IMG/VR virus record: IMGVR_UViG_3300009506_000099
Location: 1-48,307 of that record
Length of the DNA stretch: 48,307 nt
Reading direction: 5' to 3' (one strand)
From: a virus
Shown: positions 18,941 through 27,233 of the stretch, one piece after another
Numbering within the stretch: the stretch's first letter is position 1
Layout: every line of letters starts with the position of its first letter
Position numbers and translations under genes: made by a program
Notes under the pieces: generated by a model
Told to the model about the DNA's origin: nothing
Database searches by the model: none
Seen by the model: the letters and a program-made list of their open reading frames with translations, nothing else

Positions 18941-19655
18941 GATTGCTAGGGTTAAGTTTACTGATCGAGGGGGAGAGAGGGATGTCTCTGTGAGAGTCCT
19001 TCAAGGTTTAGGGACAGCCTCGAAGTATCTTACTCCTAATAAGATTCGAGAACTCTGGCTTGAGTACTCGAAGCATGATGTTCTCTTTTCAGATTATACA
19101 AGAGGGAAGGTTGAGCCCTTTATCACTTCTATCCTTAACCCAAGGAGCTTTTGGTTTGAGCTATTTGATAATGAGAGCTCGAGGCCTATAGGGATTGCCT
19201 CGATAACAGATATTATTCCTAAGTATGATGCAAAGGGGCATTTCGCTTTCTGGGATCGTATAGGGTCAGGAAGAGAGAAATTGATATGGACTCTCATGGA
19301 TATCTGCTTCCAGGAGTTCGACTTGCATCGGATGAGTGCAGAGATTCCTGCTTATCAAAGGGGAACGATTCGGTCGACTAAGAGATTGGGGTTCTCCCAG
19401 GAAGGTGAGAAGAAGGAGTCTATCTTCCATAAGGGAGCCTGGATGAATACTATCATATTTGGTATCACCGTAGATGAGTTCAAGGAGGTAACAAATGTCG
19501 GATACCCTATTCGGGGGAGAGAAGTCAGGAACTCCGATCGAGACCAGGAAGGCAACGAAGAACACAGCGAACTCGATCAATCAGCTCCTGATGAGGGGGA
19601 CAGGTCCATTAGCGAGCATGGAATCGCAGAGCTTGATGAACCTGCTGGGGTTTGA
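18891..19655 (+). CDS. GNAT-family N-acetyltransferase (RimJ/RimL-like)
   Basis: IGIASITDI..GHFAFWD..GREKLIWTLMDICFQEFDLHRMSAEIPAYQRGTIRSTKRLGFSQEG..NTIIFGI is a typical GNAT core. The ORF overlaps neighbours by 50 nt at its 5' end and 161 nt at its 3' end. Confidence 0.65.
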   Translation: MDTKERLLSALTSSFPEIARVKFTDRGGERDVSVRVLQGLGTASKYLTPNKIRELWLEYSKHDVLFSDYTRGKVEPFITSILNPRSFWFELFDNESSRPIGIASITDIIPKYDAKGHFAFWDRIGSGREKLIWTLMDICFQEFDLHRMSAEIPAYQRGTIRSTKRLGFSQEGEKKESIFHKGAWMNTIIFGITVDEFKEVTNVGYPIRGREVRNSDRDQEGNEEHSELDQSAPDEGDRSISEHGIAELDEPAGV

Positions 19656-20097
19656 TCCCTCGACAATCGGATTCGAGAGTGCCGCAACTTCGGCTCTAGC
19701 TGATCCAACAGATGTAACGGCTGGTCTCTTCCGTGCTCTCCGGCCTTTTGAGGAAAGGTACACTAACCAAGCTACGACTGAGCAAGTTGGTGCATTCGGG
19801 CAGCTCGGAGGTAGGTTCTCCCGTAACGCTCTTGATGCTGATACAAGGTTGAGAGGAGAACTTGGTAACCAATTCGAGGTTGCTAGGCAGAATGCTCTCC
19901 TCACTGCGAATGAGCAGAGGAACAATGCTCTTGCCGCTCTCCTCACAGCAGTAGCAAATGCTGGTCAGGTTGGAAATCAGAGGACAGCTAACTATCTATC
20001 CTTCCTGAGTCCTGGTTCTCCGAATTGGCAGACTGGAATCATGGGAGATCTTATCGAAGCAGCTGGTAATGTTATCGCTGCAGGCGTAGGAGGATAA
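19495..20097 (+). CDS. Internal virion / ejection protein-like (200 aa)
   Basis: AGGAGG RBS upstream. It is the first of three ORFs of increasing size (200/467/1473 aa), reminiscent of the T7 gp14-15-16 order. Confidence 0.45.
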   Translation: MSDTLFGGEKSGTPIETRKATKNTANSINQLLMRGTGPLASMESQSLMNLLGFDPSTIGFESAATSALADPTDVTAGLFRALRPFEERYTNQATTEQVGAFGQLGGRFSRNALDADTRLRGELGNQFEVARQNALLTANEQRNNALAALLTAVANAGQVGNQRTANYLSFLSPGSPNWQTGIMGDLIEAAGNVIAAGVGG

Positions 20098-20098
20098 A

Positions 20099-21502
20099 AT
20101 GGCTAATGGTGGAGGGAATATCTGGCCATCTGCCACTCAAGGAGGATTAGCTAGAGGTACAGCGGCTGTCTATAATGCTATCATTAAGAAGAGAGAGCTT
20201 GAGCAGGTTGATAGACAACTAGGGCAGATTGATAGACAGCTGGATATTACAGAGAACGTGGAAGCATTTAAGCGATTCATGGGACTCCTCCCCTTTCTCC
20301 CTCATGGTCCTGTTAGTCAGCTTACTGGTATCCAAGATCTAGTCGGGAAAGCATTTCCAGAACTAGATCTTAATGATCCTATCCTAGCTACTATGGACCT
20401 TAATCCAGAGACCATCCAGAGTGTCGTAGGGGATTTGGCTCTGAAACGGATGGAGGAGTATCAGAATACGCCTGAAGGTAGGGCGTCTATTGATCGCTTC
20501 ATCAATCAGATAACTGCTGGTCGTGGTACGACGAGTGATGTTCTGAAGGCAGAAGAAGGTGTTCAGTTAGGACAAGCTGAGCTTATCAATAATGCCTGGG
20601 ATTACTTGAGGAAAGATCCCGAGGCTATGAATGCTCTCTATCGTGTATCAGCTGGCCTGCAACAGCCTGTTACTTTCCAAGTTGGGGAAAATAGGTATAC
20701 CTTTGACACAGCTACTGGCGCCACTCTTACTGCTGAGCTGATGAAGCACTTCTCTTTGCTGGATCTTGAGTTCGAGAAGCTAGCTACCAGTGAGCAGACT
20801 GATATCGTCAAGGAGCTTATGACTCAGCTCAAGGATAAAGATATCACTATCGGGAGAGCATCTGCCACCAGGATTATTTCCTCTCTCTATAATCAAGCTA
20901 GGGGAAGTTATGGGGAGGGAGAAGGTCCTTGGTATGATCTATATAGGGAGTTCTCTCAGAGACCAGACTCAACGGAGCTACTGACAGCCATGGCAGTAGC
21001 TGAGGGTGCTCTTAGGTCTGGCACTCAAACGATCATGGATCAGTTGTATGAGACTCCAGAAGGTATGCAACTCCTCTTCACAGGGGAGATAGGTAATATG
21101 GTAGCAGGTATCTATGGCACCAGCGATCCAGATAAGAATCAAGCTCTTGTACAATCTATCATGGAGAGATTTGCTCCTATAATGGGGGTTGAGCTGAAAG
21201 ATCCTCGGATTGGCAAGCCCAGATATGAGTTCAATTCTCCTATCTTCATCGGGGGAGAAGACAGAGAGCAAGGATCGGGGAGATTCGAAACAGTCCCTGA
21301 TGCTTCAAGTGTAGACCCTGGAGCGAGAGTAGGATCCTCAGTAGGCATTGATGAGAATGATGCTGTTGCTATCAGTAATGTATTGAAAGCTGATGGTAGA
21401 GCATATCAAGCTGGAGATATCACCCTTGCTCAATTGAAGGAGAAGTACAATCCTCTCGTTGTACAAGTTATTCTTAAGAGCTATCCTCGGGGTGGGAAAT
21501 GA
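20099..21502 (+). CDS. Internal virion / ejection protein-like (467 aa)
   Basis: GGAGG RBS upstream. Helical composition. Middle member of the trio. Confidence 0.45.
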   Translation: MANGGGNIWPSATQGGLARGTAAVYNAIIKKRELEQVDRQLGQIDRQLDITENVEAFKRFMGLLPFLPHGPVSQLTGIQDLVGKAFPELDLNDPILATMDLNPETIQSVVGDLALKRMEEYQNTPEGRASIDRFINQITAGRGTTSDVLKAEEGVQLGQAELINNAWDYLRKDPEAMNALYRVSAGLQQPVTFQVGENRYTFDTATGATLTAELMKHFSLLDLEFEKLATSEQTDIVKELMTQLKDKDITIGRASATRIISSLYNQARGSYGEGEGPWYDLYREFSQRPDSTELLTAMAVAEGALRSGTQTIMDQLYETPEGMQLLFTGEIGNMVAGIYGTSDPDKNQALVQSIMERFAPIMGVELKDPRIGKPRYEFNSPIFIGGEDREQGSGRFETVPDASSVDPGARVGSSVGIDENDAVAISNVLKADGRAYQAGDITLAQLKEKYNPLVVQVILKSYPRGGK

Positions 21503-24500
21503 GTAAGAGAGAAGATGAGGTCTTAGAGTTTGTAAGGAATAATCCAGATTTGTTCCTTCCTCAAGAGGCTCAGAGGGATCAGAATATATTAGAGTTTGTC
21601 AAGGGTAATCCTGAGCTCTTTCAGAATGAGGGAGAGGATGGATTCCTTAAAAGATATGGTTCTGCTTTCCTAGATCTGTTTAAGCACTCTGCCATGCCAG
21701 CTCTTCAACAAAGGGAAGATGTAGCTAGATCTTCTATGACTGGAGCTGGAATCTTGGAGTCTGCTATTGTCACTCCGATAGAGGGAGTAGCTGGTGCAGC
21801 TGCAGATGTGTCAGAGTTTATCCAAGGTCTCCCTGGGATAAGGAATGTACCATCTCTGAAGTTTGGACAAGGGGAAGAAGGACAGGAATATAGATCTGTA
21901 TTCCGAGCCATAGAGGATTTCGCTCATCGCTTTAGAGAAGGAACTCTTACTGATCTTGAGGTGGATGCCCTTAATGCTGGGATGACTCCACAAGAGATTG
22001 CTACAGCTAAGGGATTGGGGCACTTCATTGGATTCACAGTTCCACTCATGGCTTCTTTTGGGGCTACTAGGGTTCTCTTCAATGTTCCCCAGGTAGCTAC
22101 CAGATATCCATGGCTTACAGGGGTACTCTATGGAGCCCCCCAAGAGCTTGTTGCAGGAGCTATCTATGGAGGCTTGTTCGAGCCAGCTGGAGGAGCTACA
22201 CAGAGACTAAAACATATGCTCAATGGATCTGCGCTCTTTGGAGTCAGCAGACTCATGCTTAATGGATTAGCTTTTCCTGTAGCAGGGGCACTGAGTAAGA
22301 GAGCTAATCTTAAGATTGCCAGGGATAACCTGGATAATATGATAGAGAGGATGAGGAATGGGGAGGAAGTGGTTGTTGGAGAACAGGAGGCGGCAGCTCT
22401 AGGTTCCCTCCTCACTGAGGAAGAATATATTGTATCCTCTCTCAAGGCTCAAAGCTTGATTGAGAAGAACAAGGCTAGGGAGAGTCTAGTTCAAGCTATC
22501 ATAGATTCCAGTGGAGCTAAGGATAATTCAGGTATTGTCAGGAATCTTCCTCTCACCTTTACTGAAGTCTCTAAGCTAGTAGGAGATTATAGGGCTGAGT
22601 TTCCAAAACTTAAGTTCGATGTGGTTGCTGGAGACTCAGGCTACCATGTTGTTTTCGGAACTAGGGGATTGTCCAACTTCCAGAAGAGCCAGCTTAAGAA
22701 AACTGGAAGATTCACAGGTTTGATGGTTGAGAAGGGTGGTAGTAAGTATGTGTATGTATCTGAGGCCGGGACTCCTAAGGGAGATAATGTGCCTTGGATT
22801 AATGTTGTCACTATGAGTGAGAAAGTTACTAAGATTAAGGATGAGGGAGTCACTGATCTCTTCACATACAGAGAGACATTCGAGCCAGATAACATCCTCA
22901 ATGATTTATTCGATGACTTCTTCACTACCATTGAGAGAGAGAAGAGTCAGTTCCTTACGGAAGGGACTAGGACTGAAGCAGATATCATTAAGGGGATTAG
23001 AGAGGGAACTATAGAACTATCTCCTGATGCTAGAAGAGCATTTAATGTAGATGGAGCTATCATCAATCCAGAAGAGATTGGCCTCAGGACTAGTGGACCA
23101 GAGTCCGTCACTGGGATTACGTTCTCCAAAGAGGGAAGAGTTGGTAGACTCCAGAGGGTTGAGGATGGTGGATCATGGAGCTTTGTAGAATTCCCTAAGA
23201 ATCCTAGTGATCCCCCTAATAGAATCGTAACGATAGGTGAGGACCTGACCAAAGCTGTAGATAAGATGGAGAAGGGTGGATGGAAGGGAGAAGAGATTAG
23301 ATATGTAACTCCCCGAGGAGAGGAAGTTGCTCAGGATATTATGAGAGAGGGTACCTTAGCTGGTGGCCTAATGAAGGACTCCTTCTCTTATGTTACTCTA
23401 GATGATCTAATGGAAGGCTGGGCTAAGGTCAGGGGAATCCCCAATGACACTCCTGACTGGCCAGCCATGAAGGGATACTTTACGCAGGAGACTAGGAAGA
23501 GACTGTGGAAGTCAGTACCTGAAGCAGATAGAAAGATATTCACTGAGATTCAAGATGAAGCTATTAGGCTTGCCAATGAGGGAGAGATTCCTATTAAGGC
23601 TCAGGCTCATAATAAGGGACTCCAGTGGATAGAGGGGGAGGATGGAAAGATCACTCTCAGAGATATTAGGACTGGAGCTACAGTTACATTTCAGAATGAA
23701 GTATCTGCTAAGGATGCTCTCAAGCATATCCATAGACCAGATAAGGATATGGTGGATACCTTAGTGCCCTTTGATACTCCTGGGATGAGTGGAATGACAG
23801 GGGGATGGGAGGCTCCAGGAGCCATGCTCTTCTTTGATGAGAAGTTTGATCCCAAGATTTTCCTTGATGATCTTAACTCCCCCACTCTGATGAAGGTAAG
23901 AAACGTTAGGGATCTCTTCCTATTCATTGAGAGAAAGACTGGGTTCGGTCTATTCACTGAGGTATTTGATAAGATCGACTTAGGCATATCTAGTATGAGG
24001 AGGAATCTGGAACCTCTAGCTATTAAGGTAGATCAAGCCTTCAAGGGACTCAGTCGGAAAGGAAGAGGATCTAGAACTGAGTTGGTAAATTGGTGGACAG
24101 AGATTGAGGGATCAAATCTTTCTATGAAGGAGGCTATAAAGTATCTCAAGGAAAGAGGAGCTACCACTAAGCAACAGGTTGCATATAGGAAAGCCAGAGA
24201 GATCTGGGACTATATGTTCAAACTATCTGGCATTGAGCAAGGAAGATACATCCATCACTACTACTCTCGTATCAGGCCTTGGGTTGAAGAGCATGGCGTG
24301 GCCCCAGATCTTGAGATAATCTATGGTGGCAAAGATAAGATTCCCCCAGAGTTCAGGTTTTGGGCAGAGCAGACTAGGACAGGCGAGCTTGCAATGATTG
24401 AGACAGATCCTCTAGCAGTTATGCAGAGGTATGCTCGATCTCTCATGTTTAAGCTAGAGGTAGAACCTCATTACGCTAGGGCTCTTAAGCTCCTCGATGA

Positions 24501-25920
24501 CAAGACAGCTCCTAGGATCAGGGACTTTCCTAAGGATCTTAGGGATGAGATACTAGCCTCCTCTCCTAGAGCACATCCAGATGATCCTATCCTCCCTCCA
24601 TCAGTTAGGGATATCCTCAAGGAATATCTAGCAATCATCAGGGGGACACCAGAAGCTAGTGTTGAAGGACTCAGGAAATTCACAAAGAAGTTCTTTAACT
24701 CTATGGGGATAGATGCAAATCCTAGAACTCTAGAGACCTTCATCGACATCCATATATCTAATATGTATGGAGCGGCTATGGGATTAAGAGCTTCCCTTAC
24801 CGCTCGTAATGCAACACAGACAATATGGACTCTCTACACTCGGCTCGGAGGCAGATGGGGAGGACCAGCTCTCGAGAGATCTATGACACATGAGGGATAT
24901 GCCGAGCCGTTAGCCGCTGGAGCTATCAGGAGTCAGACAGCTGGTCTACCTTATGGCGATGTCCTCAATGATATCCAGCTTGAGGAAGGTATGGTACATG
25001 GTAGGAATGCGGCAAGTAAGGCATTGGCATCTGTTCTTCGATTAGGGATGAGAGTAGGCTATGGTCTCAATAGAGCCTCGAGGAAGATGCTCATACCTTA
25101 TTCTTCAACTGATGACTTGAATAGGGCTTGGGCATACTGGTGGCAGAAACTCCATGCGCAGGAATTCTTGGAGAAGTATGAGAAGGGGAAGATACCTTGG
25201 GATAAGGTTATAGAAGATGGTCTCCCATTCTTCCCTAAGCCTATACACGATAAGTTCCAGAAACTCTATAGAGAGAATGGAGCTGAGACTGCACTTCGTT
25301 GGATAGGAAAGATGGGAGCAGATGAAGCTCACTGGATCTATGGTATTGGGGCACAGCCAGCCCTAATGCAGAAGCCAGTTGGCAGGTATGTTGGAATGTT
25401 TGGCACATGGCCTCTGTGGGCATCCGAGCTATACTTTCAGAGGACCAAGCACGCCACTTTTAAGCAACAAGCGGCTCTCTTTGTGAGGACAGCAGCTCTT
25501 ATTGGGGCTTATGGGAATATGATAGCCCAAACAGGCTATGATCTCTGGAAGTGGATAGCCCCAGCATCTGTCATGACTTGGTCTGGTGGACCTATCGTAG
25601 ATGTAGCGATAGCCGCCAAAGATCTAATTGAGGCAGAGAATACTCTAGAAGCTAAAGGTAGAGCACTCAAGCACTTAGCTAGGAATTCTTTCTCTCTTGG
25701 CTATCCTGGCCAGTACTTCATCAGAGATCTAGGATACTCTCTGGATTCTAGAGATCCTGTTGAGGGGGCTATCAAGATGATCCTTGGTAGAAATGTAGAT
25801 GATAAGAACATAGCATTCGATATGCTCTATCGTCCTACTAATCTACAAAATCTTCAGATGTTCAACAGGAATCCAGTATATGTTCCACCAGCTAAGATAT
25901 CACTGGGCGGTACCAGATAG
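21499..25920 (+). CDS. Large internal virion / ejection protein (1473 aa)
   Basis: Largest ORF and the last gene of the plus arm. No SLT, M23 or RNAP motifs seen. The call rests on size and position only. Confidence 0.5.
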   Translation: MSKREDEVLEFVRNNPDLFLPQEAQRDQNILEFVKGNPELFQNEGEDGFLKRYGSAFLDLFKHSAMPALQQREDVARSSMTGAGILESAIVTPIEGVAGAAADVSEFIQGLPGIRNVPSLKFGQGEEGQEYRSVFRAIEDFAHRFREGTLTDLEVDALNAGMTPQEIATAKGLGHFIGFTVPLMASFGATRVLFNVPQVATRYPWLTGVLYGAPQELVAGAIYGGLFEPAGGATQRLKHMLNGSALFGVSRLMLNGLAFPVAGALSKRANLKIARDNLDNMIERMRNGEEVVVGEQEAAALGSLLTEEEYIVSSLKAQSLIEKNKARESLVQAIIDSSGAKDNSGIVRNLPLTFTEVSKLVGDYRAEFPKLKFDVVAGDSGYHVVFGTRGLSNFQKSQLKKTGRFTGLMVEKGGSKYVYVSEAGTPKGDNVPWINVVTMSEKVTKIKDEGVTDLFTYRETFEPDNILNDLFDDFFTTIEREKSQFLTEGTRTEADIIKGIREGTIELSPDARRAFNVDGAIINPEEIGLRTSGPESVTGITFSKEGRVGRLQRVEDGGSWSFVEFPKNPSDPPNRIVTIGEDLTKAVDKMEKGGWKGEEIRYVTPRGEEVAQDIMREGTLAGGLMKDSFSYVTLDDLMEGWAKVRGIPNDTPDWPAMKGYFTQETRKRLWKSVPEADRKIFTEIQDEAIRLANEGEIPIKAQAHNKGLQWIEGEDGKITLRDIRTGATVTFQNEVSAKDALKHIHRPDKDMVDTLVPFDTPGMSGMTGGWEAPGAMLFFDEKFDPKIFLDDLNSPTLMKVRNVRDLFLFIERKTGFGLFTEVFDKIDLGISSMRRNLEPLAIKVDQAFKGLSRKGRGSRTELVNWWTEIEGSNLSMKEAIKYLKERGATTKQQVAYRKAREIWDYMFKLSGIEQGRYIHHYYSRIRPWVEEHGVAPDLEIIYGGKDKIPPEFRFWAEQTRTGELAMIETDPLAVMQRYARSLMFKLEVEPHYARALKLLDDKTAPRIRDFPKDLRDEILASSPRAHPDDPILPPSVRDILKEYLAIIRGTPEASVEGLRKFTKKFFNSMGIDANPRTLETFIDIHISNMYGAAMGLRASLTARNATQTIWTLYTRLGGRWGGPALERSMTHEGYAEPLAAGAIRSQTAGLPYGDVLNDIQLEEGMVHGRNAASKALASVLRLGMRVGYGLNRASRKMLIPYSSTDDLNRAWAYWWQKLHAQEFLEKYEKGKIPWDKVIEDGLPFFPKPIHDKFQKLYRENGAETALRWIGKMGADEAHWIYGIGAQPALMQKPVGRYVGMFGTWPLWASELYFQRTKHATFKQQAALFVRTAALIGAYGNMIAQTGYDLWKWIAPASVMTWSGGPIVDVAIAAKDLIEAENTLEAKGRALKHLARNSFSLGYPGQYFIRDLGYSLDSRDPVEGAIKMILGRNVDDKNIAFDMLYRPTNLQNLQMFNRNPVYVPPAKISLGGTR

Positions 25921-27103
25921 TACCTCCCTCATCCTTACGAACGATTGAGCCCATCTGGACTAACATAAGGAGCATCTTACCTAGATCTTGTATATCTCCC
26001 ATTGCATAGAATTCTTTATGCACCTGGACAGCAGTCATTCCTCCTTCTTTCCTTATCCGAAGGAGGATTCTCTCCAAGTTGTTAGCGTGCTCATACTTAC
26101 CAACAGCAGAGAAAGTCTTGCCCATGTCTCTCTCCACAATCTGAAGGATGTCCCATGCAGTCTCGAGATCCACTTTCCTTAGGATAAGATCATCACTCTC
26201 ACTGATAGAGAGGAGCATGGCCACTTTCAGGATATGTATCTTCTTCCGATTATGGAATCCTTCAAGCCTGTAATCATCTGGGATCTTTCCTGCTAGATCC
26301 TCATACATTACGGAGTAAGTTTCTTTAGCTCCTTCCCCCCATGTGAAGTCTCCTTCGATCCTAGAGATATGGTCAAGATCGTTGATGAGGTCTCGCACGA
26401 GGTTATCTGAAGGCTCTCCAGGGAAAGGTTTGAGATATCTTGGCTTTTCTCCGTAAACGAAAATAACTCTTGCAGTAAATCCGTGACCCAAGACATCCGA
26501 TGGAAGTCCTTCCGCAATCCAGCTAGGGGTAGTGCCAGCGAGGATATTGAGCACTGGATTCTCAATAGTATCTCGACCTGATGTTTTCGTTGAGTGTCTC
26601 CACTTGTAGTCGCCATCATAGATATCCGTTAAGAACTGAATCATCTTTATACCACTCGGCTCGATTAAAGAACTTAACTCAGTCGAGTGGAGGGTAATCG
26701 CGCTCTGTCTTCTATTATGCCCAGCCTTAGACATCACCCTTATTAATTCTTCCCGGGTGACTGAGTCCGGGCCAAATAGAATATCATTCACCCCGAGGAG
26801 AAGTTTACGTCCGAGGCGGATCGTCGTACTCTTGGCTACCTTACCAGGTGGACCAACAAGTATGACAAACATATTGGGAAAGAGAACGTATATCCCCTGA
26901 TTGATCCACACATTTCTGCGGACGGCAGAGGCTAATACACTTAGTCCTGTCCAAAGATGGAACTGCTCAGGTGACTCGCTCTCCTTCGTATACTCGTTAT
27001 ATGCAAGCAGCCAATTACTTAGAGTCCTGTCCGTTGAGACTTCTCCATCCGATTGAGAGACACTTTCTCCAGATGGTTGCTTGCCTGAGCCCAGTTTGAC
27101 CAC
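25892..27103 (-). CDS. P-loop NTPase, DUF3987 / VirE / D5-like helicase
   Basis: Walker A VGPPGKVAKST. NWLLAYNEY..PEQFHLWTGLSVLASAV and DIYDG..W are typical of DUF3987-type phage replicative NTPases. GTG start. Confidence 0.6.
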   Translation of the reverse strand: MVKLGSGKQPSGESVSQSDGEVSTDRTLSNWLLAYNEYTKESESPEQFHLWTGLSVLASAVRRNVWINQGIYVLFPNMFVILVGPPGKVAKSTTIRLGRKLLLGVNDILFGPDSVTREELIRVMSKAGHNRRQSAITLHSTELSSLIEPSGIKMIQFLTDIYDGDYKWRHSTKTSGRDTIENPVLNILAGTTPSWIAEGLPSDVLGHGFTARVIFVYGEKPRYLKPFPGEPSDNLVRDLINDLDHISRIEGDFTWGEGAKETYSVMYEDLAGKIPDDYRLEGFHNRKKIHILKVAMLLSISESDDLILRKVDLETAWDILQIVERDMGKTFSAVGKYEHANNLERILLRIRKEGGMTAVQVHKEFYAMGDIQDLGKMLLMLVQMGSIVRKDEGGTIWYRPVIS

Positions 27104-27215
27104 AGAAGTCCCTTATCTCTTCACTAAGTTCTCTAGGGATACGAATGGTATGAGCCACCATGGCTTCCACGTTATACTGCTCTCTCCTTAACTGCTTAAT
27201 AGTTTCGTTGTCCAT
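27015..27215 (-). CDS. Ribbon-helix-helix (CopG/Arc-like) DNA-binding protein
   Basis: 66 aa. HTIRIPRELSEEIRDFCGQTGLRQATIWRKCL fits a strand-helix-helix layout. The ATG lies 3 nt after a parS-like site. It overlaps the helicase ORF by 89 nt. Confidence 0.5.
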   Translation of the reverse strand: MDNETIKQLRREQYNVEAMVAHTIRIPRELSEEIRDFCGQTGLRQATIWRKCLSIGWRSLNGQDSK

Positions 27216-27218
27216 GTT

Positions 27219-27233
27219 GTTTAACCGTGAAAC
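27219..27233. promoter_or_regulatory. parS/OB-like site GTTTAAC-C-GTGAAAC
   Basis: It covers the polymerase stop codon (TFHG*). On the minus strand it ends 3 nt before the ATG of the RHH gene. Confidence 0.55.

Noticed and set aside
21499-25920. Tape measure protein
   Set aside because: There are no tail tube, sheath or chaperone-frameshift genes nearby. The 200/467/1473-aa series fits podovirus-style internal core proteins better. This remains a call based on position only.
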